Shown here piece by piece: positions 1 to 9,590 of a stretch of DNA of 64,000 nt. Origin of the DNA: a bacterium (GTDB taxonomy: Bacteria > Patescibacteriota > Microgenomatia > Levybacterales > UBA12049); NCBI GenBank assembly GCA_021813145.1, contig JAKALS010000001.1, positions 3,515 through 67,514 of the forward strand. The letters run 5' to 3'. A model generated the notes under the pieces. That model was not told where the DNA came from, did no database searches, and was given only the letters and a program-made list of their open reading frames with translations. Positions within the stretch are counted from its first letter, which is position 1. Each line of letters opens with the position of its first letter. The position numbers and the translations under genes are program-made.

Positions 1-348
1 GCGGTAATAATTTTGCTTTTTCCCCTCACCAGGAAAATTGTTTTAGTAAAAGATGAAAGCCAAAGTTTATCTTTTAAATCAAAAGAGGGATTACTTTTTT
101 TATTCGGACAGTCATCGGGAGGAGCTTCCGAGCTTCTTATAACTTTTTCGGTATCGCTTGCCACTCCTGCCCTTGTCAATTCCCTGCAGGGCAGCCAATA
201 TTTATTTCTTTTTATCGCGGGTTTATTCTTGGGAAAAAGATTCCCCGAGATTTTTAAAGAAGAGCATACTCCGCTAAAAACCAGCCTTAAGGTGGCCGGA
301 ATTGCCTGCATAACAGTCGGTTTATACGCCTTAGCCTTCTACAGGTAA
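1..348 (+). CDS. C-terminal part of a multi-pass membrane protein, EamA/DMT-like (5' truncated by window edge)
   Basis: Hydrophobic helices; 'PALVNSLQGSQYLFLF...E...K..GI..I..G' resembles a DMT C-terminus; frame open to window start. Confidence 0.55.
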   Translation, partial: AVIILLFPLTRKIVLVKDESQSLSFKSKEGLLFLFGQSSGGASELLITFSVSLATPALVNSLQGSQYLFLFIAGLFLGKRFPEIFKEEHTPLKTSLKVAGIACITVGLYALAFYR

Positions 349-383
349 AATTTCCCCATTTTATGGTATACTTAAGCTCACAA

Positions 384-455
384 GGCGCGGTGGCGAAGTG
401 GTAACGCACCTGTCTGCAGAACAGGCATTCGTCGGTTCGAATCCGATCCGCGCCT
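384..455 (+). tRNA. tRNA-Cys(GCA)
   Basis: Acceptor GGCGCGG/CCGCGCC, anticodon arm CCTGT-CTGCAGA-ACAGG, GTTCGAATC T-loop, U73 discriminator; CCA not encoded; TGgTATACT promoter just upstream. Confidence 0.95.
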
Positions 456-499
456 CATACCTCAGTTTTGATGAATTTTATCTCCTAAATTTTTTGAGT

Positions 500-865
500 A
501 TGGAAGAAGAATTAAAAACCGAAAAAGAAGAACGAAGGCGTGAGAACGCAGAATCCGTTTCAAGGCTTGAGGAGGAAATAAAAGCCGGAGAGTGGAAGAA
601 CCTGAAAAGGTTCGAGGCTTACAGGCAAAGAAGCAGGCAGGGAAGAATAATTGCCACCCATAAGGCACTTTCCAACAGAATTAAACAGCTCGAGTATCTT
701 TTTTATCAAATGGTAGCAAATAATCCCAAAAAGTCCCTAAAGCTTTTGACGGAGATTAAAAGGTTAAGATTTCTTTTGGATTATTTGCTTAATGCTTTAA
801 TTTGGGAAGAGCGGGGAGAGATAGAGGAGCACGACGTGCCCGAAGAACTCGAAGGAAGTTTTTAG
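500..865 (+). CDS. Hypothetical charged helical protein (~121 aa)
   Basis: ORF 398..865 overlaps tRNA-Cys; ATG at 500 (MEEELKT...) is the plausible start. Confidence 0.6.
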   Translation: MEEELKTEKEERRRENAESVSRLEEEIKAGEWKNLKRFEAYRQRSRQGRIIATHKALSNRIKQLEYLFYQMVANNPKKSLKLLTEIKRLRFLLDYLLNALIWEERGEIEEHDVPEELEGSF

Positions 866-937
866 TGGGTCGTGATAGAATCGAACTATCTGCCTCTTCT
901 TTATCAGAGAAGCGTTCTACCAGTGAACTAACGACCC
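866..937 (-). tRNA. tRNA-Ile(GAT)
   Basis: Reverse complement GGGTCGT...CTTCT-CTGATAA-AGAAG...GTTCGATTC...ACGACCC-A folds as a cloverleaf; CCA not encoded. Confidence 0.95.
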
Positions 938-979
938 GGAATGAACCTATTTTACCAAAGAATTACAGGCTAAACAACT

Positions 980-1432
980 ATGACACCTGAAAGAAAAGCG
1001 CAATCGGACACACTGAGACAAGAAGATATTCTAAAATATTCTGCAGTTTATATAGAAAGATTGGTATCGAAAATAGAGCGTAGAACTCCACATTCGGCAA
1101 GCATCTTGAGAGGTCAAATTCAGTCGGGTTTTGGAGATTTTACTCTCGCAGAGTCAAATTTTATTATTGAAAGAACACAGACTAACGAAAAATCTTTCGT
1201 TTTGGTCTCTTTAACAAGGTTCCCTTTAGATACTGCTGACGGTGTAATAAGCGAAGGGATAAGGTTTAAAATCGCGAATCCAAAACTCACGGCTGATGAG
1301 GGTTTTATAGAGTATCATATTGCAAAAAAGGATAACCAAACTTTGGTTTCTGTAAATAAAAAGGAGACCTTAAAGTTAATAAGAAGTTTTATTGCCAATA
1401 TTCAGCAACATGAACCCCCTTTATCCGGATAA
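980..1432 (+). CDS. Hypothetical protein
   Basis: 150-aa ORF with ATG start filling the intergenic space. Confidence 0.6.
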   Translation: MTPERKAQSDTLRQEDILKYSAVYIERLVSKIERRTPHSASILRGQIQSGFGDFTLAESNFIIERTQTNEKSFVLVSLTRFPLDTADGVISEGIRFKIANPKLTADEGFIEYHIAKKDNQTLVSVNKKETLKLIRSFIANIQQHEPPLSG

Positions 1433-1456
1433 AAATTCCTGCTATAATTTCTCCTT

Positions 1457-2206
1457 GTGGAACAAAGGGATATGAACGCAGAACTGATTGCGCAACAGGA
1501 AAAAGTAAATAAATATGTAGAGGTAAATAAAGTCGAAGCAAACAGCTTTGAAGGCGCTTGCGGAGACGGAAGGCCCGCGGCAGAAGGTACCGTAAGCGGA
1601 AGAGTGAGAAAATTCGGATCCGACATCGGTGACTTAATGGCAATCAAGGCGGCCTTAAATATAAAAGGAAAAGAAATTACCGCACATGACCTCGTTTTAA
1701 AATACTCAAAAGCAATAAAAGAAATAAGGGGAGAAGATTCGGTAATAGACTGGCATACCGACGAACACAGTTTATATGAAGGCGGAATAGGCTGCGGACA
1801 TGCGGCAAAGGCCGTAGCCGGTATTCAGGAAAATTTAAGACCCGAAGAGGTAAAAGCAATCTGGGATGAGGTAACGTCGGGAAATAACGAAAGAAGTGTT
1901 CTTAAGGGAGGACACGCCGAAGAGGCTGTTCTTTTAGTTCACGGGGATAAATTTTCGGTTAACTCGACAGACGGAACTAATATGTTTTTTGTCGTAGATG
2001 TGGACAGAGCCTTGGGATTTTTGGATAAGGTTGTGCCTCTTTTGGGAATAGAGGGGTTAAGCCCAGACGAGGTTAGAGCACAGTGGAATTTACAGATGCA
2101 AAAAACAGCCGGGGCTTTGGCAGCAGGGAAAAATATGTTTGATATTGACTTTGAAGAAAACGGAGACTTTAAAACCTCTTTTGCGGGAGCTGTTCCACAA
2201 AAATAG
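1457..2206 (+). CDS. Putative zeta/cadmium-type (CDCA-like) carbonic anhydrase
   Basis: Motifs CGDGR...WHTD...GCGH...GGHAE match the Cys-Asp-Arg/His/Cys metal-site pattern of CDCA/beta-like CAs. Confidence 0.55.
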   Translation: MEQRDMNAELIAQQEKVNKYVEVNKVEANSFEGACGDGRPAAEGTVSGRVRKFGSDIGDLMAIKAALNIKGKEITAHDLVLKYSKAIKEIRGEDSVIDWHTDEHSLYEGGIGCGHAAKAVAGIQENLRPEEVKAIWDEVTSGNNERSVLKGGHAEEAVLLVHGDKFSVNSTDGTNMFFVVDVDRALGFLDKVVPLLGIEGLSPDEVRAQWNLQMQKTAGALAAGKNMFDIDFEENGDFKTSFAGAVPQK

Positions 2207-2208
2207 TT

Positions 2209-2862
2209 TTATTTTGCAGACATAGTTCCGGAAGTGTTAAACGGAGCGGGTGTTTGATTCTGATTTACAAAGAATAGGCTTCCTGTACTCGTTTTTAATA
2301 CCGACTGGGCAACTCCCTGCGCCGTAACTGCTGTTTTTGGAAGGAAATCCAAAAGCGTACTTCCTGTTGCAGTTGGCGCTTCCGTAAATGTGATTGTTGC
2401 TATAGTTCCGTTCCCCGATACGCCTTTTTGTCCGAGAGGGACTCCCAAAGCCAGGGAAATTCTCCCGTTTTGCTGATCCACATTTTTAAGAAGCACAACG
2501 GGATTTTGTATAAAACTTCCGGGAGCAATCTGTACATTTAGAAGGACCTTAGGGTCAAATGATAACTCAAGCTGGGTAGCGGTAATCTTATCTGTTCCGC
2601 TTGAAATATTAACTTGTGTGGTATATGTGTTAAGACCTGTTTGTTTGGGGGCAGCTAATGTCAATTCGGTATGTGCATAGGGAGGAAAAAGAACTTTATT
2701 TGGAGTTGTCGTAGGCGAAGGGGGAACTATTTTTTGTGTATAAACGGCAAGTCCCAAAAGAACAAGAGTGACTGCGACGAGAAACGTTAAAAATACAACA
2801 GTTTGCTTTGGTAACCCTTTTTTTGCTGTTTGTGGAGTTGTCTGGACAGGTTTATTTTCCAT
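2209..2862 (-). CDS. Membrane-anchored cohesin-domain protein
   Basis: N-terminal TM, PT linker, then ATQLELSFDPKVL...VDQQNGRISLAL...SGNGTIATITF cohesin-like beta-sandwich. Confidence 0.75.
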   Translation of the reverse strand: MENKPVQTTPQTAKKGLPKQTVVFLTFLVAVTLVLLGLAVYTQKIVPPSPTTTPNKVLFPPYAHTELTLAAPKQTGLNTYTTQVNISSGTDKITATQLELSFDPKVLLNVQIAPGSFIQNPVVLLKNVDQQNGRISLALGVPLGQKGVSGNGTIATITFTEAPTATGSTLLDFLPKTAVTAQGVAQSVLKTSTGSLFFVNQNQTPAPFNTSGTMSAK

Positions 2863-2920
2863 AAACTAATTAAATGATAAATAATCGCTATTCAATAGTC
2901 AATAGTAATAGTCTTAATAA

Positions 2921-5089
2921 CTAATCTCCGCTTTGTACGGAATACTCCCGTACAAAAAGATTATAGTCAAATTTATTTACAACCCCATTGTCATCAAGGT
3001 CAGAATTGATAATATAGCTCGGGTTACTGTTGCAGAGTTGGTGGTTATCTACATTGGCAACATCCGGGTCGTTAATGCAGCTTAAGAGAATATTATAGTC
3101 GGTTATATTTAAAACATTATCTCCGTTTACGTCTCCCGCAACAAGGTTAACCTGGGGCATCTGTGCGGTCTGTCCGGCAGCAATATTTTGTATTCCCGGA
3201 ATAAGCCTTCTTAAATGTCCGTCGGATTTTACTTTAATAGTATAATTTCCCGTTACAAAATTTCCTCCAAGGTCAACCGTTCCGGTAAATATACCTGTTC
3301 CCGCGTTGTAATTTATTGAGCCTAATTTATCTACCACCTGATTGTTATTACTGTCAAACACCCAAACCTCGACATTTCTGTTAGGATGAACAGGATTCTG
3401 ATTTGAAGAGCTCGGATTAGGATTTTCGTTGTCTCCTACAGATCCTATTGCATCCATTCCTACTTTAAGAGCCAGAAGTGTATCTCCCGGAGCAGGGGAA
3501 GCGGTAGGCGCCGGGCTTGAAGTAGGCGTAGGCGTTGGAACTTGGCAGGATCCGTTATAGCAGGCGACCCCGTTTGCGCAGGATGCATTGCATGACTGGT
3601 TATAAACATTTACCGGATTGCACTGGGAGCTGTTTACGTTATATGTGTTATAAACGCATGTCTCGGTTCCGCTTGCCGCTCCGCAGGCATTTACCTGGCT
3701 TGGCTGGCAAACCGCCTGGCTGCAATCCGCGATTCCGACTCCTTGAGAACTTCCATTACAATCCGGAGTGGGAGTCGGGCTGGGAGTGGGCGACGGACAG
3801 GTAGCCGCTGTAAATGTTCCCTGAGCGCTTTGTGCATTTGTTCCTAAAGTATAGACATACCATTGGAATTGGTGTCCTTGATTAAATCCGCACGAATATC
3901 CGGTTCCCGATTGGAGAGGGTCTGTGCATTGTGTAAAGTTATAGGTTGCTCCATTTGAGGGATTTTTAACGGTAGTGTCTCCTGCCTGTCTTGGAGAATA
4001 AAAACTGTTTGCCGTTCCGCTCCCATACTGGTAGGGCCCCCACCACTGATTTGCGGTTACATCATAGTATTTAATATAAACTCCGCTTCCGTCGGTAGGC
4101 CTTGTCCAAGTAAAGTATGTAGAGGACACATTGGCATCGTTTCCGGCTGTGTTTGCGGGATATCCTACTCCGCAATAAGTTTGCTGATTAAGGTTTGTTG
4201 CAACGGAATTGCTGGGAGAAGCAGTAGGGCTAGGAGACGGAGTTTGCCCAATAGGTGTGGATGTAGGAGCAGGAGTGCTTGCACAGGATGCTGTTGTAAA
4301 AGGCTGACCGTTTACCTGAACTCTTGCCCCGGATGTATTTACATATGTCATATACCAGGTCACTGTTTGTCCTTCTCTAAATCCGCAACTGTAGCCTGTT
4401 GTTAACCCCGAACATTGATTGAAATTAAATCCGTTATTTGTTGTCCCGGCTTTAAAAGGTGTTGTAATACTTGTTGACGAACCGGAAGTATAAGGACCAT
4501 AGGTATTATAGTCTGTAGTTATCTGATATTTGATTAAATATTGGGGATTAGAGGACGCGTCCGAAGGTTTCGTCCAGCTGAAAGTAGAAAATACAACACA
4601 TTGTCCGCCGCTTGTGCTACTCGAGCAGTTTCCGTTTGTGCAGTACTGCGCATAGCTTGTTCCGGTAGGGATCCCTTGAGGAGTAGTCGGATTGGGAGTC
4701 GGACTTGAAGGATTTATTACGGGTGTAGATACTGGTGTAGACACAGGCGTAGCGGTGGGGGCAGGTGTAGGTGTTTTATCTATATAGCACGAAACATCTC
4801 CCGCAGATCCTCCTACCGTTGCGGCACAATGGTAGTCAACAGGGCATTGATATTGATTATAAGCGGTTCCAGAACTGTTGCACTGTTGATAACCTCTCGG
4901 CAAACTGCCACCGCAAGTTTGGAAACCGGGCGTGCATGTAGAGGCATGTTGTTGGGTATTTTGCTGTTGTTGGGCTACCAAGACTGTTAGGGGGACAGCT
5001 GCTGCGATAATAAGAATGGCTAAAGCTGTAACCGTTCTTGTATGGCCAGGGGTCTTAAAAAACTCAACAAACCTTTTTAAAGGATTCAT
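2921..5089 (-). CDS. Cys/PT-rich surface protein with C-terminal dockerin type I domain
   Basis: N-terminal TM + QQQQNTQQHAS; two internal repeats (FxWTxPxD...YGPY...TGYSCGF...WY); C-terminal GDVNGDNVLNITDY...DLDDNGVVNKFDY. Confidence 0.8.
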   Translation of the reverse strand: MNPLKRFVEFFKTPGHTRTVTALAILIIAAAVPLTVLVAQQQQNTQQHASTCTPGFQTCGGSLPRGYQQCNSSGTAYNQYQCPVDYHCAATVGGSAGDVSCYIDKTPTPAPTATPVSTPVSTPVINPSSPTPNPTTPQGIPTGTSYAQYCTNGNCSSSTSGGQCVVFSTFSWTKPSDASSNPQYLIKYQITTDYNTYGPYTSGSSTSITTPFKAGTTNNGFNFNQCSGLTTGYSCGFREGQTVTWYMTYVNTSGARVQVNGQPFTTASCASTPAPTSTPIGQTPSPSPTASPSNSVATNLNQQTYCGVGYPANTAGNDANVSSTYFTWTRPTDGSGVYIKYYDVTANQWWGPYQYGSGTANSFYSPRQAGDTTVKNPSNGATYNFTQCTDPLQSGTGYSCGFNQGHQFQWYVYTLGTNAQSAQGTFTAATCPSPTPSPTPTPDCNGSSQGVGIADCSQAVCQPSQVNACGAASGTETCVYNTYNVNSSQCNPVNVYNQSCNASCANGVACYNGSCQVPTPTPTSSPAPTASPAPGDTLLALKVGMDAIGSVGDNENPNPSSSNQNPVHPNRNVEVWVFDSNNNQVVDKLGSINYNAGTGIFTGTVDLGGNFVTGNYTIKVKSDGHLRRLIPGIQNIAAGQTAQMPQVNLVAGDVNGDNVLNITDYNILLSCINDPDVANVDNHQLCNSNPSYIINSDLDDNGVVNKFDYNLFVREYSVQSGD

Positions 5090-5132
5090 TACTTTTAGAA
5101 TAGTTTAAGAGGCAGCTATTTGTCAATATAAA

Positions 5133-7181
5133 CTAATTGCCGTTTTGGACAGAGTATTCTCTTAGGAAGAGGTTATAGTCATATCTGTCTACGACTCCGT
5201 TGTCATCCAAATCGGATTGAATTATATAATTCGGGTTGCTGTTGCAAAGCTGGTGATTATCTACATTGGCAATTGTCGGGTCGCTTATGCAGCTTAATAA
5301 TATATTGTAGTCGTTTATATTTATGGCATTATTATTGTCGATATCTCCTGCAACAAGGTTAACCCTTGGCATATTGTTTGTTTGTCCCCCCGTTATATTT
5401 TGTATTCCGGGTATAAGCCTTCTTAAGTGTCCGTCGGATTTTACTTTAACAGTATAAATATCTGTCGGGATTAATCCGACATCAACGCTTCCCGTAAATA
5501 TTCCAGTTCCAGCATTATAATTTATGGAACCCATTTTATCGGCTATAAGATTATTATTTTTGTCGTACATCCAGACCTCTACATTTCTTTGGGGATGTTT
5601 CGGATTTTGATTGGAAGAACTCGGGTTGGGATTTTGATGATCACCTGTTGAGCCGATTGCATCTATGCCTATATTAAGGGCAAGCAATGTGTCCGCAGGA
5701 GCAGGGGTTGCCGTTGTGGTAGGCGCAGGTGAAGAACTGCCCGTAGGATTTGGGGTTGCGGTATTGGTTGGCTTAGGTGAAGCCGTTGCCTGTGCTATGC
5801 AGGTATTGCTTGAACAGATTGTTCCCAAAGCACATGAAGGTTGACACGTAACAATGGCGTGGATCGGGTTGCAGTTTGTGCTTCCGTTATAAGTAGTATA
5901 TGTACAAGTCTTGGAACCGCTTGTAGGTCCGCAAGCATCCAACGGAGTTGCAGCGCATGTGGTGCAGTTAGTAAGAGTTGTATTACAGACCGGCAAAGGT
6001 GTAGCGGTCGGCACGGGCGTAGGAGAGACTACTCCGCAACTGCTTTGGCATTGCACCAATGAAAGATTACCTGAATTTGTTCTAACACAAGCTCCGCTGA
6101 CACAGGCATAACCTGCGGAGGTCGGAAGTGGAGTTCCACCAGAACATGTCCCCAGACAATCGCTTAATGAAAGATTACCTGAATTTGTTCTAACACAAGC
6201 TCCGCTGACACAGGCGTAGCCGGCAGAGGTAGGGATAGGTGTGGGCGCAGGTGTTGCTATATCCTTGCAGCAAACGGTTCCGGCACCGCAGGTGTATCCC
6301 GAAACAGGTTGTAAACCGTTTCCTGAAAAACAGATACTGCTCGAAATGCACGAATACGGGCAATTGGAGGTTGGCGTAGGCGCCGGAGTAACTAAATCTT
6401 TGCAGCAAACGGTTCCGGCACCGCAGGTGTATCCCGAAACAGGGGAAAGACCGTTTGCAGAACTGCAAATTGTTGTGGAAATGCAGGAATACGGGCAATT
6501 GGGGGTAGGATTGACTGTCGGTTTGGGTGTAGGGGTAGCAGTCGGTTTAGGTGTTGCTCCGCAGGACCCTCCGCAATAACTTAAGGGAACCGAAATATGT
6601 GGACCGTTCGTGCAGGTTGCTGGTGTTCCTCTGCATCCGTATGAATATTCTTCGCAGTTTGTTGTACTTGTGCAAACATAGGTTGCGTTTCCCCCGCAGG
6701 ATGCATTTGTCGTTCCTGTTCCGGAAGTGCAGGTAGAGGTCGTATTGCAAACTCCAAACGAAGCTCCGCATGATGTCCCCGAGGGACAGGTCCATCTTTG
6801 AGATGTCAGACAGCCCGTTGCATTAGCAGTACAACTTGTATGATACAGTCCGCCGTACAAACTTGTAGAACTGGTTTTGGAGCATCCAGTGCATCCGTTA
6901 GCGCTGCATTGGCTACTAAGTTGTGAAAGGCAATAAGAGGACGCTTGCGAGGAAGTATCTGAAGTTCCGGATGCAGAAAAAGTCATGCTTATGGAGTGGG
7001 ATTGAACGGAACAATCGATCGAAGTTCCCGAAGCGTGCTGTTGCGTATTTTGCCTTTGCTGGGCGACTAAAACTGTAAGGGGAACTGCTGCTGCGATGAT
7101 AAGAATTACAAGTGCGGAAACGGTTCTTGTATGGCTTGGAATAGAAATAAATTCACGGAACCTTTTTAACGGGTTTTCCAT
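5133..7181 (-). CDS. Paralogous Cys/PT-rich surface protein with C-terminal dockerin domain
   Basis: Same N- and C-termini as the neighbour; GDIDNNNAININDY...DLDDNGVVDRYDY; different Cys-rich middle. Confidence 0.8.
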   Translation of the reverse strand: MENPLKRFREFISIPSHTRTVSALVILIIAAAVPLTVLVAQQRQNTQQHASGTSIDCSVQSHSISMTFSASGTSDTSSQASSYCLSQLSSQCSANGCTGCSKTSSTSLYGGLYHTSCTANATGCLTSQRWTCPSGTSCGASFGVCNTTSTCTSGTGTTNASCGGNATYVCTSTTNCEEYSYGCRGTPATCTNGPHISVPLSYCGGSCGATPKPTATPTPKPTVNPTPNCPYSCISTTICSSANGLSPVSGYTCGAGTVCCKDLVTPAPTPTSNCPYSCISSSICFSGNGLQPVSGYTCGAGTVCCKDIATPAPTPIPTSAGYACVSGACVRTNSGNLSLSDCLGTCSGGTPLPTSAGYACVSGACVRTNSGNLSLVQCQSSCGVVSPTPVPTATPLPVCNTTLTNCTTCAATPLDACGPTSGSKTCTYTTYNGSTNCNPIHAIVTCQPSCALGTICSSNTCIAQATASPKPTNTATPNPTGSSSPAPTTTATPAPADTLLALNIGIDAIGSTGDHQNPNPSSSNQNPKHPQRNVEVWMYDKNNNLIADKMGSINYNAGTGIFTGSVDVGLIPTDIYTVKVKSDGHLRRLIPGIQNITGGQTNNMPRVNLVAGDIDNNNAININDYNILLSCISDPTIANVDNHQLCNSNPNYIIQSDLDDNGVVDRYDYNLFLREYSVQNGN
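6058..6215. repeat. Intragenic direct repeat: 50-bp identical copies at 6058-6107 and 6166-6215 (ACVSGACVRTNSGNLSL)
   Basis: aatgaaagattacctgaatttgttctaacacaagctccgctgacacaggc occurs twice, 108 bp apart. Confidence 0.9.
6265..6443. repeat. Intragenic direct repeat: 44-bp identical copies at 6265-6308 and 6400-6443 (PVSGYTCGAGTVCCK)
   Basis: ttgcagcaaacggttccggcaccgcaggtgtatcccgaaacagg occurs twice, 135 bp apart. Confidence 0.9.
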
Positions 7182-7258
7182 TTATTCTTAGAATAGTAAA
7201 AGCGAAATACTATGTCAAGGAGAGAATGAATTGCGAACATGGGGTGTATACTAAAATT

Positions 7259-8131
7259 ATGGATAGTGGAGACATAATAAAACCGGCCCTACAGGAATTA
7301 AAGAATGCTCCAAGAGTAGAAATGGTCGCACAGAGTATTCCGAATGAAGAACATCCAACCAGAAATGAGGATTCATTTTTTTATTCTCAAAGCGAAGGTG
7401 TCTTTGCCGTTTTTGACGGAGTAAGCCATCCTGCACGCGGAGATGTTGCATCCAGACAGGCAAAAGATAGTGTCTCCTCGGAGCTTTTTAAATCACAACT
7501 TAGAGGTTTGTCTTTTGAGGAATTCACTTCCAGGGTTTATTCTTCTTTGATTAAAGCAAATGAATCGGTTTTTGCTAGGGCTCAAAGAGAAGGGGAGATG
7601 GGAACAACCGCATCGGTTGGAGCTATCTGGGAAGGTCCGGGAGGAGAAAAGAAATTACTCGTGGGGAATGTGGGAGACAGCAGAGTATACATATTCAGAA
7701 CAGGAAAGCTTACACAAGTCACATTGGACGACGGAATTGTGCGAGGGGCGGGAAAAACCGAGGAGGAAGACCGTCTGCTCCAGGCAAAATTTAATAATGT
7801 TACCGATTTGGGAAGAGACTTGCCGGACCAGTTCGAACAGCGTTTATTCCTAAGAAGAAATATTTTGACGCAGATGATAGGCGGAGAGAAAAAGGTAATA
7901 CCAAGGCTCTACCGGGTCGATTTAAAGGCAGGGGATTTGCTTTTAGCCTGCTCGGATGGTATTTCCGATAATCTCGCGGATTTTGAGATTGAAGAGATAT
8001 TAAAAACAAGCAGAAATCTGGACGAAGGAATGCATCAGCTTTTATTTGTAGCCCAGGGAAGAAGCAGAAATGAGGGAAGAGAGTTAAGGGCAAAGCCCGA
8101 TGACATGACCGGAATACTTGTTAAGGTATAA
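7259..8131 (+). CDS. PP2C/PPM family Ser/Thr protein phosphatase
   Basis: RNEDS, VFDGV, MGTT, NVGDSRVY, CSDGISD, DDMT motifs; start refined to ATG 7259. Confidence 0.9.
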   Translation: MDSGDIIKPALQELKNAPRVEMVAQSIPNEEHPTRNEDSFFYSQSEGVFAVFDGVSHPARGDVASRQAKDSVSSELFKSQLRGLSFEEFTSRVYSSLIKANESVFARAQREGEMGTTASVGAIWEGPGGEKKLLVGNVGDSRVYIFRTGKLTQVTLDDGIVRGAGKTEEEDRLLQAKFNNVTDLGRDLPDQFEQRLFLRRNILTQMIGGEKKVIPRLYRVDLKAGDLLLACSDGISDNLADFEIEEILKTSRNLDEGMHQLLFVAQGRSRNEGRELRAKPDDMTGILVKV

Positions 8132-8153
8132 ATCTTAATGTATACTCATTTTC

Positions 8154-8714
8154 ATGCTTTTGTCGGATAGAGATTTAAAAAAAGCGCTCGATTCGGGAAG
8201 AATTAAAATAAACCCCGAGCCCGATTTTCCTACACAGCTTGGTTCCTGTTCGATAGATTTGCGTCTTGGTAATACATTCCGCATTTTTGATTACAGCCGT
8301 CATGCTTTTATAGATCCGTTTAAACCTGACGAATTTACAAAAGAGATAAGAATTAAAGAGGGCGAAGCTTTCATAATCCAACCCGGAGATTTCGTTTTGG
8401 GAACAACAATAGAAAACGTAGAAATCCCGGATGACCTGGTGGGAGGGCTTGAAGGAAGGTCGAGCATGGGAAGATTGGGAATAATTGTCCACTCAACAGC
8501 CGCTACTATAGACGCGGGATGGAGAGGGCATATTACTTTGGAACTCGCAAACATGGGTAAACTTCCCGTAGCGCTTTATCCGGGAATGAGAATTTGCTCG
8601 ATTTCATTTGAAGAACTCACAAGCCCGGCAGAAGTCCCTTATTATAAAAAGAAAAATGCGAAATACGTAAACCAGAAAGGGCCGGGGGAAAGTAAAATTT
8701 CAGCCGAAAAGTAA
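8154..8714 (+). CDS. dcd: dCTP deaminase
   Basis: SIDLRLG, GRSSMGRLG, IDAGWRGHITLE, PGMRICSI motifs. Confidence 0.95.
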   Translation: MLLSDRDLKKALDSGRIKINPEPDFPTQLGSCSIDLRLGNTFRIFDYSRHAFIDPFKPDEFTKEIRIKEGEAFIIQPGDFVLGTTIENVEIPDDLVGGLEGRSSMGRLGIIVHSTAATIDAGWRGHITLELANMGKLPVALYPGMRICSISFEELTSPAEVPYYKKKNAKYVNQKGPGESKISAEK

Positions 8715-9554
8715 ATGTCAAATCTTGAAAGAGAAATACCCGGATACCATAGCGGCAACCGCTTAATAAGAAGAGCTTCGGAAGAGGCAGCCCGTTTCTC
8801 CTCAAGAAGACAGTTTTCCCGGGGAAGTCTTGACAATCTCGATAAAGCTGTTACTCTTTGGCAAAACGGAAAAGAGGCCTGGATTGCCTCAAACCACGAA
8901 AGCGATGCAGACGGGCCTTTGGTTGCGGTTTCCTTAAGGGACGGGGGTCACCCTGAGTTTTTGGATAAGATGTTTCTCTTAATGGGCGATAAGATTTTGA
9001 GGAAAAAGTTCAGGGGATGGGTTGCTTCAAGTTACCGCCAGGTGGTAGTTCCTCAACAGGGATCGGGAAACGGAAACACAAGAGAACTTCTAAAAACTGC
9101 AAACAATGCAATTCCGGCACTTTTAAAAGAGGGGATGGTGGCATTCAGTTTTCCCGAAGGAACAAGAAGCAGAGACGGACTTTTGCACAATGCAACTTCT
9201 GTTCTTGGGCATTACATAGGCGACGAAGCTTTTGTTTTACCAATGGCTCTTGAGGGGGCAAGGGAACTGTGGCCGGTTGAAGGTTTCCCGAATTTTGGAA
9301 GCGAGGTTACTTTTCATTTTGGAAAACCTATACTAATGACAGAAATTATTGGAGAAATAGAAGGATATGAAAAAAACTCAGGAAAAAGAGTCACAAAAAA
9401 TAAAAGGAATGAAATAATAGTGGATGTAATTATGAGAAGGGGAATTGCCCCTTTGCTTCCGGAAAGAAAAAGGGGAGAATACTCCGATTTTTCGGTGTCT
9501 GTTTCGGATTTGTTAAGAAACGGCAATCATAAACAAAAAATGCTTATTGCATAA
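8715..9554 (+). CDS. Lysophospholipid acyltransferase (PlsC-like)
   Basis: SNHESDAD (HxxxxD) and FPEGTRSRDG motifs. Confidence 0.85.
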   Translation: MSNLEREIPGYHSGNRLIRRASEEAARFSSRRQFSRGSLDNLDKAVTLWQNGKEAWIASNHESDADGPLVAVSLRDGGHPEFLDKMFLLMGDKILRKKFRGWVASSYRQVVVPQQGSGNGNTRELLKTANNAIPALLKEGMVAFSFPEGTRSRDGLLHNATSVLGHYIGDEAFVLPMALEGARELWPVEGFPNFGSEVTFHFGKPILMTEIIGEIEGYEKNSGKRVTKNKRNEIIVDVIMRRGIAPLLPERKRGEYSDFSVSVSDLLRNGNHKQKMLIA

Positions 9555-9590
9555 ATTAATTAGTGTTGAATATAATGGGCAAAGTTATAA

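Noticed and set aside
398-499. 5' extension of ORF 398..865
   Set aside because: Overlaps tRNA-Cys; the real start is more likely ATG 500.
384-937. tRNA-anchored integrated element
   Set aside because: No integrase or duplicated tRNA 3' end was noticed in the window.
802-990. 62-aa ORF
   Set aside because: Runs antisense through tRNA-Ile and overlaps the upstream CDS.
6058-6443. Possible CRISPR array
   Set aside because: Only two copies of each repeat, in frame within a CDS, and no cas genes.
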